This document shows positions 1-11,893 of a stretch of 64,000 nucleotides of DNA, piece after piece. The notes under the pieces are model-generated. The model worked only from the letters and a program-made list of their open reading frames with translations. It ran no database searches and was not told the origin of the DNA. The stretch is from Thermoleophilia bacterium (GTDB taxonomy: Bacteria; Actinomycetota; Thermoleophilia; Gaiellales; SKUG01): assembly GCA_025964555.1 (NCBI GenBank), contig JAOPYQ010000028.1, positions 11,754 through 75,753 on the forward strand. Reading direction: 5' to 3'. The position numbers were made by a program, and so were the translations under genes. Each line of letters begins with the position of its first letter. Position 1 is the stretch's first letter.

Positions 1-793
1 GGCCGACGGCGCCGCTGGCTGGCACGCTGCTCGCGACCTGCTGCTCGAGGCGCCACCGCTGCGCGCCGACCTGGCCGCCGCGCGCCGCGTGGCGACGGCG
101 ACCCGAGGTGCCACCCCGTCGGCCGACGACGACGCAGCTCCCGGCGACGACGAGCTGCCCAACCACGACCCGCCGCTGCGGGACGCGGCGGTGCGAGCGC
201 GGCGACTGACGGCGATGCGCGAGCTCGTCGCGCGCGACCGCGCCACGCACGTGGCGGGCATCCGCGCACTGGTCTGGTCGCTCGCGCAGTCGCTCCACTC
301 GAGCGGCGCCACGAATCGGGTCGACGACGTGTTCGACCTGCAGGTCGGCGAGCTCCTGCGCCTCGCGCGCGGCGGCGAGGCAGCGGCTGCGAGTGTCGCG
401 TCGCAGCCGGGCGCATCGAACGTCGACAGCCCCGACGAGCTCGGGGATCCTGGGTCGGACGACGTCGTTCGCGAGGTGCGGGGCATCCCGGCGAGCCACG
501 GCCGCGGGAGCGGTCGCGTGGTGGTGCTCGAGGATCCATCGCTCGACGTGGACGTCGACGGGGCGGTGCTCGTGTGCCGCGTGACCGATCCCGCGTGGCT
601 GCCGCTCATGGTGCGCTGCGCGGCGCTCGTGACGGAGCGCGGCGGACCGCTGTCGCATGCGGCGATCGTGGCGCGCGAGCTCGGACTGCCGACGGTGGTC
701 GGGGCTGCCGGGGCGCGGGCGGCTGCGCGCCATGCCGAGCGTGCGTCGGTGGATGGCGGAAGCGGCGTCGTCGCGTTCGATCCGGCACCCTGA
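1..793 (+). CDS. PEP-utilising enzyme, C-terminal phosphohistidine swivel (mobile) domain; PEP synthase / rifampicin-phosphotransferase-like. 5'-partial: the reading frame is open to the window edge (phase: first full codon at nt 2).
   Basis: The frame of ORF 89..793 has no stop back to nt 2. The C-terminus reads 'VLVCRVTDPAWLPLMVRCAALVTERGGPLSHAAIVARELGLPTVVG', the classic PEP-utiliser mobile-domain signature with the phospho-His in 'LSHAAIVARE'. Confidence 0.7.
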   Translation, partial: ADGAAGWHAARDLLLEAPPLRADLAAARRVATATRGATPSADDDAAPGDDELPNHDPPLRDAAVRARRLTAMRELVARDRATHVAGIRALVWSLAQSLHSSGATNRVDDVFDLQVGELLRLARGGEAAAASVASQPGASNVDSPDELGDPGSDDVVREVRGIPASHGRGSGRVVVLEDPSLDVDVDGAVLVCRVTDPAWLPLMVRCAALVTERGGPLSHAAIVARELGLPTVVGAAGARAAARHAERASVDGGSGVVAFDPAP

Positions 794-840
794 CGGTTCC
801 CCCTGTGCAGGGTCGCCCGAGCGTGCGACCTTGGAGGAAG

Positions 841-858
841 GGCACGTGCCGACGTGCC
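841..858 (+). terminator. Small GC hairpin downstream of the PEP-utiliser gene; possible terminator.
   Basis: ggcacgt-gccg-acgtgcc gives a 7-bp perfect stem with a 4-nt loop, followed by tgtttcgccgtt. It lies 48 nt after the TGA at 791-793. Confidence 0.35.
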
Positions 859-1022
859 TGTTTCGCCGTTCAATCGCCAGGGAGTGCCAGATGTTGTTTC
901 GCACCGTCTTCGGAGCGTTGACGCTCGTCGGATTCGTGTTGCAGCGCGGCCGCATCGCCGCGCGCTGACGTCCACACGTCGTCCTGATCGACCCACGCCA
1001 CCACGCCAGGGAGGGAGAGCTC

Positions 1023-1559
1023 ATGCTCGCTCGACTCGTTTTCAGCCTCGTGCTGGGACTGCTCATGTACATTCCGCGGCCCGTTCCGCGTCCGCCCGTC
1101 GACTCGGTTCCACCGACACCCGATGACCTGCCGCCCGGATCGGGCGACGGCGACGGGGTGCCACCGATCGGCGAGCCACCGGTCGGGGAACCGCCGGTCG
1201 TCCTGCCGGACATTGAATTCCCGGATTGGCCGTCGGGCCCTGGCGGCGACAACCTGCCGTCGGTGCCGCCGACGCCGCCGCCCGGCTACGAGGGAGACTG
1301 GCCGCCGGCATCGGAGCGCCCCACGGGGCCGAAGCTGCCACCGACCGCGCCGCCCGGGCACACCGGGCCGTGGAATCCGGTCGAGGGGGGCGGCGGCGAC
1401 GCCACGTTCCGCGAGCGCGTGCGCGAGATCATCAAGGACCTGCGCGAGCTGCTCAGCGAGAACAAGCAGGGCAAGGCCGTGGGCGACGCCGACGAAGGCG
1501 TGAAGAAGCTCGGGGTCGCCAGGCGCGTCGAAGGCAGCGACACGCCGCTCGACGCCTAG
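1023..1559 (+). CDS. Hypothetical proline-rich protein with an N-terminal hydrophobic anchor.
   Basis: Strong SD (gggagggagag) upstream of the ATG. N-terminus 'MLARLVFSLVLGLLMY', then Pro-rich repeats ('PPIGEPPVGEPPVV', 'PPTPPPGYEGDWPP'), then a charged helical tail. Confidence 0.5.
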   Translation: MLARLVFSLVLGLLMYIPRPVPRPPVDSVPPTPDDLPPGSGDGDGVPPIGEPPVGEPPVVLPDIEFPDWPSGPGGDNLPSVPPTPPPGYEGDWPPASERPTGPKLPPTAPPGHTGPWNPVEGGGGDATFRERVREIIKDLRELLSENKQGKAVGDADEGVKKLGVARRVEGSDTPLDA

Positions 1560-1572
1560 GAATACGCGATGC

Positions 1573-1620
1573 CCACGGGCGGCGCGTGGTGCACTCCGGT
1601 GTGCCGCGTGCCGCCCGTGG
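1573..1620 (+). terminator. Long stem-loop after the Pro-rich gene; terminator-like or a structured RNA.
   Basis: ccacgggcggc (1573-1583) pairs with gccgcccgtgg (1610-1620). Pairing continues inward with G:U wobbles to a tccg loop (1595-1598), about 22 bp in total, followed by tcttcag. Confidence 0.45.
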
Positions 1621-1659
1621 TCTTCAGTCGCGCGGCTCGGATGACGATGGGGCCGTGTC

Positions 1660-2145
1660 ATGCCCACGTGGTCCACTGATCCGATCGTGCTGCTCGCCAT
1701 TGCTGCGGGCGGTTGCGGCGTGCTCATGCTCGTGCACGCACGACTGCAGTCGAAGCTGCTGCGGCGGCGGATCGCGTCGGGCGCGGGAGCGGTCGTCGTG
1801 GATCCCGCGACCGGGCTGTTCTCCGCGAACGCGGCGTGGCAGTGCATTCGCGCCGAGGCGAACCGGGCGCTGCGCCTGGGTCGCCCGCTCGACGTGTGGA
1901 TCGGCACCGCCACCGATGCCGCCGACCTCGACGCTCGTGGGCGCGAGCTCGTCTTCGACATGCCGGCCGGAGCGATGGGCATCCGCGTCGATGCGACCCG
2001 CGTGTGCGTCTTGTCGTGTGCGGGATCGGCTGCTGCACCGCTCGCAGTGGTGGATGCGCTCGAGTGGCGCTCGCTTCGGGTGGAGCCGGGTGATGAAGCT
2101 GCGGCGACGGCGCTGTCGTTCGTGTCGGAGGTGACCGGTGGCTGA
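1660..2145 (+). CDS. Hypothetical membrane-anchored protein with a degenerate GGDEF-like domain.
   Basis: N-terminal TM segment 'IVLLAIAAGGCGVLMLV'. 'VVDPATGLFSANAAWQCIRAEANRALRLGRPL' resembles the start of a GGDEF domain (D.LTGL.NR...). No GG(D/E)EF or DxDxFK motif is visible. Confidence 0.45.
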   Translation: MPTWSTDPIVLLAIAAGGCGVLMLVHARLQSKLLRRRIASGAGAVVVDPATGLFSANAAWQCIRAEANRALRLGRPLDVWIGTATDAADLDARGRELVFDMPAGAMGIRVDATRVCVLSCAGSAAAPLAVVDALEWRSLRVEPGDEAAATALSFVSEVTGG

Positions 2146-2761
2146 CCTGTTCACCACCGCGCTGGCGGCGACCGGCAGTGGTCTGCTCGGCGCTGGGTTG
2201 GCGTCGCAGATCCGTGCGCACCGGCTCCGCACGCGCTGGGCCGAGGTCGGGCTCGGGCTCGAGGAGCTCGCGACGGGCCTGGCTTCGATCGCCGCGATCC
2301 CGGTGCTGTTTCCCGCCGAGCTCGAGACGGCTCGCGCCACCGGAACGAAGCTTGCCGTGCTCGCGGTGCGTCGCTACACCGAGCACCCCGAGGAGTTCGG
2401 CCGACGCCTCGCCGCTGCCACCCGCGCGCACGAGACCGGCTGGCGCATCGACTACGACCTGTTCGCGGTGACGATCACCGTCGAGGATCGCGACGAGGCG
2501 GTGCTCGCCGCGGCGCGCATCGGTCGCGCCGCGTGCGGCGAAGCGGCGGCGCGCGACCTGCGCATCGGCATCGCGATGTGCCCGGAAGATGCGACCGACC
2601 TGTTCGACGCGCTCGACATCGCAGGACGCCGCATGCGCGGGTTCTCGGTGCTCGACGCCGTCGCGAACCAGCTGCGACGCCTCGACGCGGGCCCCGAGCT
2701 CGCCGACGGTACGGCGAACGCGGGTGGCGCTGCAGGCGCACCCGCCGCCCAGGCGAGCTGA
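2138..2761 (+). CDS. Hypothetical protein with a degenerate GGDEF-like domain.
   Basis: GTG start overlaps the upstream stop by 8 nt. 'IDYDLFAVTITVEDRDEAVLAAARI...LRIGIAMCPEDATDLFDALDIAGRRM' matches the layout of the C-terminal half of GGDEF domains (GGDEFavll...SiGiA...ll..AD.AmY), but with DYDLF in place of GGDEF. Confidence 0.45.
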   Translation: MADLFTTALAATGSGLLGAGLASQIRAHRLRTRWAEVGLGLEELATGLASIAAIPVLFPAELETARATGTKLAVLAVRRYTEHPEEFGRRLAAATRAHETGWRIDYDLFAVTITVEDRDEAVLAAARIGRAACGEAAARDLRIGIAMCPEDATDLFDALDIAGRRMRGFSVLDAVANQLRRLDAGPELADGTANAGGAAGAPAAQAS

Positions 2762-2942
2762 GCCTTCCTTCACGTCAGGCAGGGCTCGGCCGCCCGACGA
2801 GCGTTGCTCCCTCCCGCCAGTATGTGGAGGTGGAATGACACGGTCCCGATCCCGATCGGTCAGTGCAGTGGCCCATCTCCAGCATCTGGTGGCAGCCTCA
2901 CACGGTCCGCCCGGATTCCGGCCTGCGCACATGCGAGCTGGG

Positions 2943-3839
2943 TCAGCCGCCGAGGTAGGTGAGGCGGCGCAGCGAGAACCGCGTGGAGCGCCACACGAGT
3001 CGGGCGTTCACGAGCACCCACGCGACGCCGAGCAGCGGCAGCACCGGCACGGTGGTGTCGAGCGCGACCGCGGCGACGAGCGCTGCGCCGAGCGCGATCG
3101 AAGTGCGACCGAGCGGCAACCAGAACAGGTGCGCGAGGCCGAGCAGCAGGCCGAGCGCGACGACGTCGACGAGACCGAGCATCCACGTGCCCGTGGCGGC
3201 CGGCACGTGCAGCACGAGCAGGTCGACGCGTTCGACGATCCCGGGCGCGACCGACACCGTCGGCGCGACGCGCTCGGCGGCGGCGGTCGTGACGCCGCCA
3301 TCGGCGAGCAGGCGCCCGGTCACCCCGGCCGCCACGCTGTGCGCGTCCGACAGCCCGGCAGCGAGCACCAGCGGCAGCGCCCAGACCGCACGTCGAACCG
3401 CACGGGCGGCGGCGACGCCGAGCAGCGCCGCGCCGTACGCGGCAGGTATCGCACCCACCACCAGGTCGCCTCGGTCGACGAGGAACCCGCCGAAGGCGAG
3501 CAGCATCATCCCGGCGCCGAGCAGCGGCTCGACCCGGGTTCGCGCGAGCGGCGCGAGCGCCGCCGCGAGGAGGACGAAGGCGACGAGCGCCGGTGCCACG
3601 AGCACGACGTCGGCGACGGATCCCGAGAACGCATCGATCGCCCACGAGCGCACCGGGCGGGCTGACGCGAACACGAGCGCCAACGGGAGCAGGACCAGCG
3701 CCGGGATCACGCGCATCGCGAGCGTGGCAGCTCGGGGTCCGAGCCGGTCCGCGTCCGTGAACAGGTCGTCGCGGGCAGCACGCACCACGGGAGGAAGCTC
3801 ACGCGCGCGCACGCGTACGCGAGGACCTTCGTCCTGCAT
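2943..3839 (-). CDS. Polytopic membrane protein, possibly a presenilin / signal-peptide-peptidase-like (A22) intramembrane aspartyl protease. Tentative.
   Basis: I shortened the ORF to the in-frame ATG at 3839 (MQDEG...) because the longer ORF overlaps the divergent lipoprotein gene. There are multiple hydrophobic helices. 'LVLHVPAATGTWMLGLVDVVALGLLLGL' resembles the SPP motif 'KLVFP....MLGLGDvViPG'. An upstream Asp lies in 'AGLSDAHSV' and a downstream 'VPVLPLLG' sits where the PAL motif would be. Confidence 0.4.
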   Translation of the reverse strand: MQDEGPRVRVRARELPPVVRAARDDLFTDADRLGPRAATLAMRVIPALVLLPLALVFASARPVRSWAIDAFSGSVADVVLVAPALVAFVLLAAALAPLARTRVEPLLGAGMMLLAFGGFLVDRGDLVVGAIPAAYGAALLGVAAARAVRRAVWALPLVLAAGLSDAHSVAAGVTGRLLADGGVTTAAAERVAPTVSVAPGIVERVDLLVLHVPAATGTWMLGLVDVVALGLLLGLAHLFWLPLGRTSIALGAALVAAVALDTTVPVLPLLGVAWVLVNARLVWRSTRFSLRRLTYLGG

Positions 3840-3942
3840 GCGTGAAGCTCCGGTCGAGCCGGCCTGCGGTGCGTGGTGCGTCATTCCCCCTCCTCCTCGG
3901 CATCCACGACCCGTCGCTTGACCGTCTGCGAGGCTCCGGGAC

Positions 3943-4818
3943 GTGCGTCTGACCATCCTCAGCTCCATGGTGCTGCTCGCCGCGCTCTCGGCGAGCGGCT
4001 GCGGATCGGAAGCCCCGGCTCCATCGCGCTCGTCGGGCACGGTCACGACCCCGCAGCCCGCGCCGTCGACCACCACTCCCCCGCGCCGCCTGGACCGCGC
4101 GGCGCAGTGCCACGCGCCGCGCACGAGCGCCGGCCCGCTGCAGCGCGCGGCCGACCTCCCTGCCGCCGAACTGGTCATCGTGCGCGCAGCGAAACGCGCG
4201 ACCCGATCTGGACACCGCTTCACCATCGAGCTGCGGGTCGCTGCAGGTCGGCTCCGCGGGACGGCGACGATCTTCGGGCGCCGCACGGCGCAGGACACGA
4301 GCGCCGCCCTGGTGGTCTGGTCGGGCCTCGCGGGCGCCGTGCTGCCGGACCTGGGCCTGCGCATCGTCGACGACCGCCTCTACCTCCAGCCCGGCACGTT
4401 CACGTCGCCGTGGCGGGTTGGCGGGTCGGCATCCGGCGTGTCGCTCGACGTCGGTCGCGAGCTGCTCGACCATCCGTTCCTGCTCGAGCCGACCACCGCG
4501 CGCGGCGACGGCGACGTCGCGACCACCGTGTCGTTCAGTGCCCCGCCCGAGCGGCTTCGCGCCTATGCGACCTCGGAGCGGCGTGGACGCGTGACCGACC
4601 TGCTGCGCGCCGCCCGGCGACTGACGCTCACCGCGGACGTGCGTGGCGGCACGCTCGTCGGCGACCGCTTCACGCTCCTCACCACGGTGCCCGAATCCCT
4701 GCACCTGGGTCCGGCAGCTCCCGGCACGCGGATTCGCATCGACGGGGTGACGACCTACTGCGCCCTGCGATCGGTGGACCGCACGCCGATCACTGCGCCG
4801 AACGTGAGCGGCGACTGA
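3943..4818 (+). CDS. Hypothetical lipoprotein.
   Basis: Signal peptide with a lipobox, 'MRLTILSSMVLLAALSASGCGSE' (L-S-A-S-G-C). Confidence 0.6.
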   Translation: MRLTILSSMVLLAALSASGCGSEAPAPSRSSGTVTTPQPAPSTTTPPRRLDRAAQCHAPRTSAGPLQRAADLPAAELVIVRAAKRATRSGHRFTIELRVAAGRLRGTATIFGRRTAQDTSAALVVWSGLAGAVLPDLGLRIVDDRLYLQPGTFTSPWRVGGSASGVSLDVGRELLDHPFLLEPTTARGDGDVATTVSFSAPPERLRAYATSERRGRVTDLLRAARRLTLTADVRGGTLVGDRFTLLTTVPESLHLGPAAPGTRIRIDGVTTYCALRSVDRTPITAPNVSGD

Positions 4819-5524
4819 CCGTCGGGGCATCCACGAGCTCGGCCACCTCGTCGACGATGGGTCGCACGAACGCACCTGCACGCGGCATCCGCCACACGAG
4901 CCCCTGCCATCGCACGGCCAGGCCGTGCAGGCCGCCGCGAACGTCGCGCCACTCGGCATCGGCTCCGGCCGCCTGTGCGCGCTGGACCGCGCGTTGCGAC
5001 TGCTGCCGCGACGTGCCCGGCACGAGTGGCAGCGCGTTGTCGAGCGAGCCATGCACCACGAGCAGGCGGCGCCCTCGCAGGCCGTCGACCGGCAGCTGCG
5101 GCGGGAACCACGGCGCCATCGCGACGAGCCCGACCACCTGCGGTGCATCGAGCCCGTGCAGGGCGCCGAGACAGGTGGCGCCGCCCATGGAGAGCGCGAC
5201 CAGCACGATCCTCGTGGGCGGCACGTCGCGCGAGAGCTCATGCTCGATCGCAGCGCGTACGTCGGCAATGCCGGCATCGAGCCGATTCCACGAGGAGGAC
5301 AGGTAGCGCACCTGGCCCACGCGAACGTCGCCCCCGACTCGCTTCCGCACGCGCGGCGCGAGCCAGGTCATGCTCGTCGACCACTTCCCGGGACGGTCGA
5401 TGCCGGTGCCGCCGCCCACGAGCAGCACCACGCTCGATGCATCCGCAGGTCCGTCGGTGCGCAGCTGCCCGCCACTCGGCAGGTCGACGAGGTCAGTCCA
5501 GGCAAGGTCGTTCATGGCGTCCAA
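4790..5524 (-). CDS. Alpha/beta-fold hydrolase.
   Basis: Nucleophile-elbow-like 'VALSMGG'. 'VVLLVGGG', 'LLVVHGSLD' and a late 'GGLHG' are consistent with the Ser-Asp-His order. The 3' end overlaps the convergent lipoprotein gene by 29 nt. Confidence 0.6.
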   Translation of the reverse strand: MDAMNDLAWTDLVDLPSGGQLRTDGPADASSVVLLVGGGTGIDRPGKWSTSMTWLAPRVRKRVGGDVRVGQVRYLSSSWNRLDAGIADVRAAIEHELSRDVPPTRIVLVALSMGGATCLGALHGLDAPQVVGLVAMAPWFPPQLPVDGLRGRRLLVVHGSLDNALPLVPGTSRQQSQRAVQRAQAAGADAEWRDVRGGLHGLAVRWQGLVWRMPRAGAFVRPIVDEVAELVDAPTVSRRSRSAQ

Positions 5525-5596
5525 CCATACGCCGAAGGGAGCCGTGCGGTTGTCCGCAGGCTCCCTCCAGATGCTTCGTGCGCCGTGCGTCTCCGA

Positions 5597-6589
5597 CTAG
5601 ATCGGCTTGACCGTCGTGCGGTCGGGCGTCCACTTCGGATTCGCCGCGGGCGACTTGATCAGCACGACGCGCTGCTGGCTCTTCACGAGCGCGCCGTTCC
5701 TGGTGCTCTTGAGGTGGAGCTGGTAGGTGAAGCGCTTCGTGCGCAGCTTGCGTTCGGCAACTGTCAGTCGCCACACCGCCTGGACGGTGCCGTCGGTCCC
5801 GACGCTCGCCACCTTGAGGTAGCGGGTGCCCGCAGCGCTCGTGACCTTCACGTAGGAGCGGGTGGCGTCCACGGCGCCGACGTGCTTGCCGGTGATCCGG
5901 AACGCGTAGGTCGCCAGACGAGCCGAATGGATCGAGCTGACCCGAACGCCGCTGTTGACGAGCGCCGCGGCGCCGAGGTTGAGATACGAGCCGTCGTCGA
6001 ACGCCGTGCCGTGCACCTGGGCGCTGACATCCGCGATCGTCGGCTGCGCCGTCTCGGAATCGATGGCGAAGGCGCGCACCGCGCTCTTGACCTCCGACTT
6101 GCCGTCGGCCGAGTTCGACACCACCTGCCAGTAGTAGACCTTGCCGGCGTCGAGCGGCTTGAGCTGGTCGTTGCCGTACTGGTCCGCGCCGGTCGCCCAG
6201 CGGTTGCAGCCCCAGTGGTAGGCGCCATCGGTCGTCGCCCAGACGAACTGCCGGCAGTAGCGCACGGTCTTCGTCATCGCGCGATCGTCGGCGAGCAGCA
6301 CCCACTTGGCGGTCTCCGCCTTGCCGGCCGAATCCGTGCTCGGATCGAACTGCACCATCGGCGCCACCTCGAGGTGGTCGAAGTGCTGCCCGTCCGCCGG
6401 GGCGACGAGCTTCGCTCCGGTGGTCGTCGTCGCCGCGGGCGTCGCTGCCGGCGTTGCCGGAGCGGCGGGCTGTTCCGATGCACGGGCGCTCGACGGCATG
6501 CCGAGCACCACGAGCAGCATGAGCAGCAGCGTGACGGATGTCCAGGCGCCTCGCGCCCGGGCTGTGTGAATCACCGCACCGTGATCCAT
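5597..6589 (-). CDS. Hypothetical secreted protein.
   Basis: I chose the internal ATG at 6589, which is preceded by a gggaggaa SD. Signal peptide 'GAWTSVTLLLMLLVVLGMPSSARA', then a Pro/Ala/Thr linker. No recognisable catalytic motif. Confidence 0.55.
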   Translation of the reverse strand: MDHGAVIHTARARGAWTSVTLLLMLLVVLGMPSSARASEQPAAPATPAATPAATTTTGAKLVAPADGQHFDHLEVAPMVQFDPSTDSAGKAETAKWVLLADDRAMTKTVRYCRQFVWATTDGAYHWGCNRWATGADQYGNDQLKPLDAGKVYYWQVVSNSADGKSEVKSAVRAFAIDSETAQPTIADVSAQVHGTAFDDGSYLNLGAAALVNSGVRVSSIHSARLATYAFRITGKHVGAVDATRSYVKVTSAAGTRYLKVASVGTDGTVQAVWRLTVAERKLRTKRFTYQLHLKSTRNGALVKSQQRVVLIKSPAANPKWTPDRTTVKPI

Positions 6590-7058
6590 GGTGTTCCTCC
6601 CGATGTTGCACGCCCCTCCCAGGGCGAGTCCACCGGTACATCGCGTTGGCCGCTTCCGTTGTTGCAGCGAATGTCGCCAACACGCCGGGATTCTTGGCGA
6701 ACGGGCCGCGACGTGGCCCGGTTTCCGTGCTGGATGTCGACAGCCGCAACGCCACGATCCGCGCTCGCTCGATGTCGCGGGCGAGGTCCGGGTGTCGGAC
6801 CCCCGCCGCGACAACGCGACGCGGGTCGCGAGTCCGCAACTACGTTCGAGCGACGGTACGTCGTTCGGCGAACTCGTGCACTAACCGAGGTACGTTCACC
6901 CAATGCGGCTGCAGGATCTGGTATGTTCGGGCGGACCCATCGGCCCTCCGAAGCGGTCGCGCGAGGATGTCTCCCCAGACGTGCCCTCCGCGCGCCGGCC
7001 ACGTGTGCCGCCGGCCCGGTGCCCACCGAGCCGTCGAACAACGGAGACGACCTTCCAG

Positions 7059-7313
7059 ATGACTGGATCAGGTGCGCTCGCAGCCGGATGGCTGCTCGTG
7101 CTGACCACCGCCGCGCTCGCGGCGGTCGGGGCGCTCCTCGGCGGACTGGCGGACGTTCGGTTCATCGGCGGCCTCGCAGGCGGCGTGCTCGGCACGATTC
7201 TCGGCTTCATCATCGTCTGGCACCGCTACGTGGTGCCCGCGAACGAGGAGGACGAGGGGCGCGACTACTCACGCGTGAAGAAGATCGAGGACGATGACGA
7301 CGACGACTGGTAA
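7059..7313 (+). CDS. AtpZ/AtpI-family small membrane protein (putative F0F1-ATPase accessory subunit).
   Basis: ATG at 7059 with GGAG 13 nt upstream. Two hydrophobic helices ('LAAGWLLVLTTAALAAVGALLGGL', 'GGLAGGVLGTILGFIIVW'), a position immediately upstream of the atp genes, and an acidic tail 'KKIEDDDDDDW'. Confidence 0.55.
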   Translation: MTGSGALAAGWLLVLTTAALAAVGALLGGLADVRFIGGLAGGVLGTILGFIIVWHRYVVPANEEDEGRDYSRVKKIEDDDDDDW

Positions 7314-7787
7314 TCACCACGCCGCCTCCACCGGCCGAGGTGCTGGTGCCGTCGTGCGTTCCGTGCTCCTGCACGGTGCCGGCATCCTGCTCGCGCTCGT
7401 GCAGCTGCCGCTGTGCCTCGTCGCCGGCGTCCCGTTCGCCGCATGGGCGATCGCGACCGGACTCGTCGTCGCGAACCGCGTCATCCACGGCGTCGTCGCC
7501 TGGAGCGTTCGCGACTCGAGCCTCACCGTCGCGCTCGGCGCGATGGGCTTCTCGATGATGTTCCGCGCGATGCTCACCGCCCTCGCGCTGCTCTTCGTCG
7601 GCGCCAGCGTCGGCGCGTCGGGCGACTCGCCCGTCGGGCTCGACCGCCCCGACCTCGCCAAGCCGGCGCTCATCCTCTTCGCCCTGTGCTTCACGCTCGA
7701 CGCCGGGATCGAGGCCATCCGCCGCGCCTCCCAGCGCGAGGAGCTCATCACCGCCGACCTGTCTGCGACCCCCAGGGAGACCACCGC

Positions 7788-7791
<4 letters not shown>
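7294..7791 (+). CDS. atpI: ATP synthase protein I-like membrane protein.
   Basis: About 165 aa with four hydrophobic segments, directly preceding and overlapping atpB. The start is uncertain, because the ATG lies inside the poly-Asp codons of the upstream gene. Confidence 0.5.
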
Positions 7792-9120
<1,329 letters not shown>

Positions 9121-9229
9121 GACGCCAGGACCGCAGTATCGTGACGAGCGGTCGCCTCACCTGCCTCGGCAGGGGGGGCGGCCGCCCGACACACCCCAGT
9201 GAATCCACACTGACAAGGACAGCACAGAG

Positions 9230-9808
9230 ATGCTCACCCTCATCGCAGCAGCCGCCGAACATGGAGCCGCCGAAGGCGGCGAAGAGATCAGCCCGATCCT
9301 GGCGCCGTACCCCGGCCTCATGTTCTGGACGGTCCTCGCCTTCCTCCTCGCCATGTTCGTGCTGCGCAAGTACGCATTCGGCCCGATCCAGGAGGCGCTC
9401 GATGCTCGACGCGCCGTTGTGAACGGCGCCATCGACCACGCGGAGCGCGTCAAGGCCGAAGCCGAGGCGCTGCTCGCCGACTACAAGGCCCAGCTCGCCG
9501 AGGCACGCGTCGAGGCCGACCAGATGCGCGACCGCGCCCGCAAGGACGCCGACGACCACGTCGCACGAGTGAAGTCCGAAGCGGAGACGCAGCGCCAGGA
9601 GCAGCTCGTCGCCACGCAGGGCCAGATTCGCGCCGAGGTCGACAAGGCCATGGGCGACCTGCGCGTCGCCGTTGCCGAGATGACCGTCGCGGCATCCGAG
9701 AAGGTGCTGCGCGGCTCGCTCGACGCGAAGCAGCACGAGGCGCTCATCCAGCAGGCCGTCGAGGAGCTCGACTTCGATCGTCTGCAGCGCGTCGGAGCAG
9801 GTTCGTGA
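9230..9808 (+). CDS. atpF: F0F1 ATP synthase subunit b.
   Basis: N-terminal TM ('LMFWTVLAFLLAMFVL') followed by a long charged coiled coil. Operon position supports the call. Confidence 0.9.
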   Translation: MLTLIAAAAEHGAAEGGEEISPILAPYPGLMFWTVLAFLLAMFVLRKYAFGPIQEALDARRAVVNGAIDHAERVKAEAEALLADYKAQLAEARVEADQMRDRARKDADDHVARVKSEAETQRQEQLVATQGQIRAEVDKAMGDLRVAVAEMTVAASEKVLRGSLDAKQHEALIQQAVEELDFDRLQRVGAGS

Positions 9809-10362
9809 CGCGCGCCTCTCGCACCTACGCCAAGGCGCTGTTCGATGCAGCCGGCGCTGACGCCTCGCGCGTCGCCGACGAGCTCGACCAGTTCGCGGCA
9901 GTGGAGACCGAGGCGCCCGACGCCTGGAACGAGCTGCTCGCCCCCGGCCTGCCGTCCGCCGTCCGCAAGGCGACGATCGATCGCTTCCTCGCGGCCTCGC
10001 ACCCGCTCGTGCGCAACGTGCTCAAGGTGCTCGTCGACCACGGTCGCCTCGAGGAAGTGGACGAGGTCGCGGCTGACTACCGCGCGCTCGTCAAGGAGCT
10101 CGAGCAGCAGCTCGACGTGCACGTGACCTCGGCCGTCGAGCTGAGCAGCGACCTGCGCGCCAAGCTCGAGCAGCGGCTCGGCGAGAGCACCGGCAAGCAG
10201 GTCCGCCTGCACGCCTCGGTCGACCCGGACATCATCGGCGGCCTCGTCGTGCGTCACGGCGACACGCTCGTCGACACCTCGCTTCGCGGCCGCCTCGACC
10301 AGATGCGACTCGCGCTCTCGCGCCCCACGCCCCGTCCCGCAACTTCCGACAGCAACAGCTGA
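9805..10362 (+). CDS. atpH: F0F1 ATP synthase subunit delta (OSCP).
   Basis: GTGA overlap with atpF. 'YAKALFDAA...' at the N-terminus and '[25 protein letters not shown]' at the C-terminus are typical of OSCP/delta. Confidence 0.9.
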   Translation: MTRASRTYAKALFDAAGADASRVADELDQFAAVETEAPDAWNELLAPGLPSAVRKATIDRFLAASHPLVRNVLKVLVDHGRLEEVDEVAADYRALVKELEQQLDVHVTSAVELSSDLRAKLEQRLGESTGKQVRLHASVDPDIIGGLVVRHGDTLVDTSLRGRLDQMRLALSRPTPRPATSDSNS

Positions 10363-10384
10363 CACCGAAAAGGAACCTGCCACC

Positions 10385-11889
<1,505 letters not shown>

Positions 11890-11893
<4 letters not shown>

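Noticed and set aside
6895-6927. atp operon promoter (TTCACC ... tggTATGTT).
   Set aside because: The -35/-10 spacing would be 21 nt, which is too long. Only the extended -10-like element is plausible, so it is not listed as a feature and is mentioned only inside a finding.
4925-7297. 790-aa plus-strand ORF across the hydrolase, the secreted-protein gene and the atp leader.
   Set aside because: It is antisense to two minus-strand genes that have good SDs, a signal peptide or catalytic motifs. Its composition is Arg/Ala/Gly-dominated.
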